Under the pieces are notes generated by a model. It saw only the letters and a program-made list of their open reading frames with translations, ran no database searches and was not told the origin of the DNA. The position numbers were made by a program, and so were the translations under genes. A stretch of DNA of 64,000 nucleotides from assembly GCA_044892525.1 (NCBI GenBank), contig CM097886.1, forward strand, positions 135,408,001 to 135,472,000, given 5' to 3'. The number at the start of each line of letters is the position of its first letter. The first letter of the stretch is position 1. Shown piece by piece: positions 60,770-64,000 of this stretch. Origin of the DNA: Schmidtea polychroa (Eukaryota).

Positions 60770-61120
60770 GTGTGTAATACAAAGACATATGCAATGCAAA
60801 TGCATGAGTAACAAAGACATTTGCAAATGCATGTGTAACAAAGAAATTTGCAAACGTAGTATTAAAAGGTGTTTTGACTTTGAAAATTTTCTATAAAGTA
60901 ATTCGTTAAATGGACTTAAGAAAATTTTTAAATTTGACCTCAATTTGACCTTAAAATTTGACCTTAAATTTGGAAAAATCAGACTTTTGCCTCAATAGTT
61001 GACCTTAAAATGGCCTAAATTGACCTTAAATGACATTGATCTTAAAATTTGACCTTACACTGTCCTCAAAATTTTCTCTGACCTTAACGATGAGTCATCG
61101 TGCGCTCCCTTCTACCTACT
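60770..61120 (-). repeat. Polinton right TIR
   Basis: Reverse complement of 42900-~43310; ends CTTCTACCTACT. Confidence 0.85.
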
Positions 61121-62120
61121 TTTGTTGCATTTATATGTTTTATTCCCAAATTTATTGTGGTAGTAATAATAGTTTTGCTTTGTGCATTTATTAGGGTTGT
61201 TCCATGTTTTATTTCTGTCAAAGCTGTTGCGGCTACCTGATCTTGTATTTTGTCTTGGATAGTTTTGCCTGTTTTCATAATATTGCGTTCTCCTGGTTTC
61301 TCTTCTTTGTAATTCGGTAATGTCGTTTCTTAGATTTTTGTTTTCGATAATTATTTCGTCGAATTTTGTTACCAAAGTAGAGAGGAGTTGGTTCGTTTCT
61401 GTAGTTTCTGTGCTATTGTGTACCGGGTTGGTTTGTTCGTTATTTTTGGAATAATTTTGTTTTGGTATGTTCTACATATTGTCAGGTATATTTCGTCGTT
61501 GATTTTGTCTGCTATGTTTGCCAGAGTTTCGAGGTCTGTACAGTTCCTGACATCTAGAATCCGGCGTATTTCAGGTGGCAGTGCGCGCATGAATAGATCT
61601 TTGATAAACTCTTTGACCTGGTTCTTGTTATTTTGGGTTGTAAGTATTCGAGTTTTGTTTTTAAGTTTCGCAGGAATTCAGACGGTTTGTCGTTAACCAA
61701 TTGTATATCTTTCAAATAGGATTCGAGTAGTTCTCGTCTGTTTATTTTGTTCCTATTTATTAGGGTGTTGTATAAATTTTCGAAAGGGTTGTGATCCTTT
61801 GATATTTCCTCTATTCTATCGGCTATCTCGTTGAGGATGTTGCTTGGAATGGCGGCAATTATGTGAGAGCAAACTGTTTTTGATGATTTGATGCCTGATA
61901 GGCCTAATGTTAGTTTGGCGAATTCTAGCCATTTTTGTGGTGTCCCGTTTTCGTCTTTAAAGAAATTTGGGATGTTTGCTTTAGGGTTAAGTATTGCGTT
62001 TACCGCGGATGAATTGTCGGGGTTTTAGTAATAATTGCTGCTTTCTTGAGTTGTGTGTGTGTTTTCGTAAATGTTGGGTATCTGTTTAGTATTTGTCGTG
62101 TTTGTTTGATTGGTTGCCAT
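61121..62120 (-). pseudogene. gag: gag 5' part of the split gypsy element
   Basis: IPNFF...PQKW; ALPPEIRRIL...LETLANIADKI; YYYHNKFGNKTYKC, continuing as NKPC at 42899. Confidence 0.8.
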
Positions 62121-62309
62121 TTATTTGATTTGTTGCTGTTTTTTTTATTGATTGTAGTGCAAAAAAAATAATAGTTTATTTGAAGGATATGGCCTACTGT
62201 GTTCGGCCAACAGTGTCACTAGCCTTTATAGTTCTATATTAACTATACTGAAAGGTTTCGTGATTGAAAAAAAAACGTCGAATGCGAGTGTCGTGTTGTG
62301 TTTGCTTTG

Positions 62310-62321
62310 CTTCTGACACCA
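62310..62321 (-). promoter_or_regulatory. primer-binding site, tRNA-Leu
   Basis: TGGTGTCAGAAG, 4 nt inside the 5' LTR boundary. Confidence 0.8.
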
Positions 62322-62325
62322 ATTA

Positions 62326-62722
62326 TGTTGTAAAATTCAGGGGTTTATCCTTAACTATTTGAATTACAGTATTTATGTAATGTACTATTGCGTGTGTAAT
62401 GGGTATGTAATTAGTATTTGAATGACTATGTTATAAGAAGCTTGATGAACCCGATAGAGTCACCGTTAAAAATTGTGGCGGGACACACGGGGTGTGTGTA
62501 TATATGCGTGCTTACAAAACCCTGATAAAATGATAAATAGCTAACAATAACTATCAAACATTTTATTAAAGAATAAAATTTATTCGACCTGACTTAGGAA
62601 ATATCTTTATATTCTCGTTTTGATGGACTTGGATTAAATGGGTAATTGAAATAAAACTTTGGAAATATCTTTGTAGTCTCTTTTTGATTGACTTGGATTA
62701 AATGGGTAGTTGAAATTAAACT
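62326..62722 (-). repeat. 5' LTR (outer part not recognisable)
   Basis: Matches 38789-39370 after removing the MITE; similarity is lost after ~62720. Confidence 0.8.
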
Positions 62723-63678
62723 TACTTAAAAGGAAAATATTTTTAGGCAGATCTGAAAGAGTCTCAAAAGCTTTTGCAAGTAATGAATTGTACGCGATTA
62801 GGAAGATACATTTTTCGGTAGTAGTCGGAAAAATATTTATTTTTCAAAAAGGTAAAATACTCAGACCATACTTCACAATATGATGTAGATCATACCTTCT
62901 CAAATTGTGAATTTCTGAATTCGTCTAGAAACATTACATTTCCTGGAAGCAGCACCAAGGTTCCTTAACCGAGAAGTGACAATGACCCTAAAATATGAAT
63001 TTTTACACAGATAAAAGGTCTTACAATTTTTGAATTCCAGTTCTTCAATCAATGACAAAGTCTGCATGGATTTTCTACCATGTATTTCGTAATATGGAAT
63101 GACAAATGTGATGGCAATTTCCTCCGCCTTATGTAAAAAAGATAAAACACAATCCCTAATTGCTCAAGTGCAATCAGTTCGTGCACGATAAATCATGCAG
63201 ATGCAGTATCGAAATTTAGCAAGAATGTTAAAATTCGATGTTGCATCTGCATCAAATTTTTTTCATTATGTGGCCTCATGAGGCACCAAAAATGACCTGG
63301 CAGGAAATCCTACCTGCCATGGTACCAGAAATTGTGCCACTTACCATGGCAAACACATTCCAAATCCTGATTCAATTACAGTACACTGTAAAAAACATGA
63401 AAAATGATATGAATGACATGAAAAATAGGATTATGAATATTCGAAGACCTAATGTAAAATATATGTAAAATTAAAATGTTTATAATAAACGTTGTTTTAT
63501 TTTTAATTCTATAATCTTTACAATAATTTCCATTGTAAAATATCCAAAGATTGGCTAATCCATTCACAAATTTTCATAAAATAATAATATTTTAACATAG
63601 AAATTATTATTAATATTATCAGTGATTTGTTGTTGCATGCTCATTTCAAACTACATGATGTTATATACATATAAAAAT

Positions 63679-63906
63679 NNNNNNNNNNNNNNNNNNNNNN
63701 NNNNNNNNNNNNNNNNNNNNNNNNNNNNNNNNNNNNNNNNNNNNNNNNNNNNNNNNNNNNNNNNNNNNNNNNNNNNNNNNNNNNNNNNNNNNNNNNNNNN
63801 NNNNNNNNNNNNNNNNNNNNNNNNNNNNNNNNNNNNNNNNNNNNNNNNNNNNNNNNNNNNNNNNNNNNNNNNNNNNNNNNNNNNNNNNNNNNNNNNNNNN
63901 NNNNNN
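63679..63906. other. assembly gap (N run)
   Basis: N characters. Confidence 1.
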
Positions 63907-64000
63907 TGAATGCTCACTGCAAGCTATGTGAATTTATCTATTTGTTAATATTATAACAAAAAAATTTTGTTATTTGTTAAAAGTTATGTTTTCAACACTC

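Larger units (their letters stand above)
42900..61120. mobile_element. Polinton/Maverick, internally deleted, carrying nested elements
   Basis: TIRs begin AGTAGGTAGAAG (39/42 identical over the first 42 nt, ~350-400 bp long); 6-bp TSD TTTGTT (42894-42899, 61121-61126); packaging ATPase inside. Confidence 0.88.
38789..62722 (-). mobile_element. Ty3/gypsy LTR retrotransposon (CHCC-Gag, tRNA-Leu PBS) split by an 18.2-kb Polinton insertion
   Basis: Related LTRs at 38789 and 62326; PBS 62310-62321; PPT 39564-39575; gag continues across the Polinton TSD (KC NK|PC); decayed PR/RT/RH/IN 39900-42891. Confidence 0.85.

Noticed and set aside
62720-63600. Short coding-like frames near the window end (e.g. 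FLHKAEEIAITFVIPYY on minus; 63238-63468 on plus)
   Set aside because: No recognisable motif, splice structure or homolog in the window.

Overview
Eukaryotic (not prokaryotic), very AT-rich genomic DNA with three assembly gaps. The 33-49 nt introns and the transposon repertoire suggest an invertebrate, possibly a planarian flatworm (inference only). One host gene is clear: the 3' part of a prolyl oligopeptidase (PREP; six exons, 1524-12018, + strand), with two introns swollen by nested transposons. The rest is a layered mobile-element landscape. (1) Two Ty3/gypsy elements with a CHCC Gag knuckle and tRNA-Leu PBS (3645-7594; 38789-~62722). (2) A Polinton/Maverick (42900-61120; AGTAGG-starting ~400-bp TIRs, 6-bp TSD TTTGTT) inserted into the gag zinc knuckle of the second one. 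It retains a packaging ATPase, a TBP-like gene and several unknown ORFs. (3) Scattered remnants of a second Polinton (capsid, adenain-like protease, pPolB). (4) Two oppositely oriented ~4-4.4 kb solo-LTR-like elements, each carrying a ~250-aa ORF under visible purifying selection, plus a third distant homolog of that ORF. (5) A gypsy gag-protease fragment whose polyprotein appears to carry two ubiquitin-like domains, an AT-hook and a Bcl-2-like domain. (6) Many hAT, piggyBac, Tc1/pogo and tentative Zator elements or MITEs. All family and domain calls are by-eye motif recognition; no database search was run.
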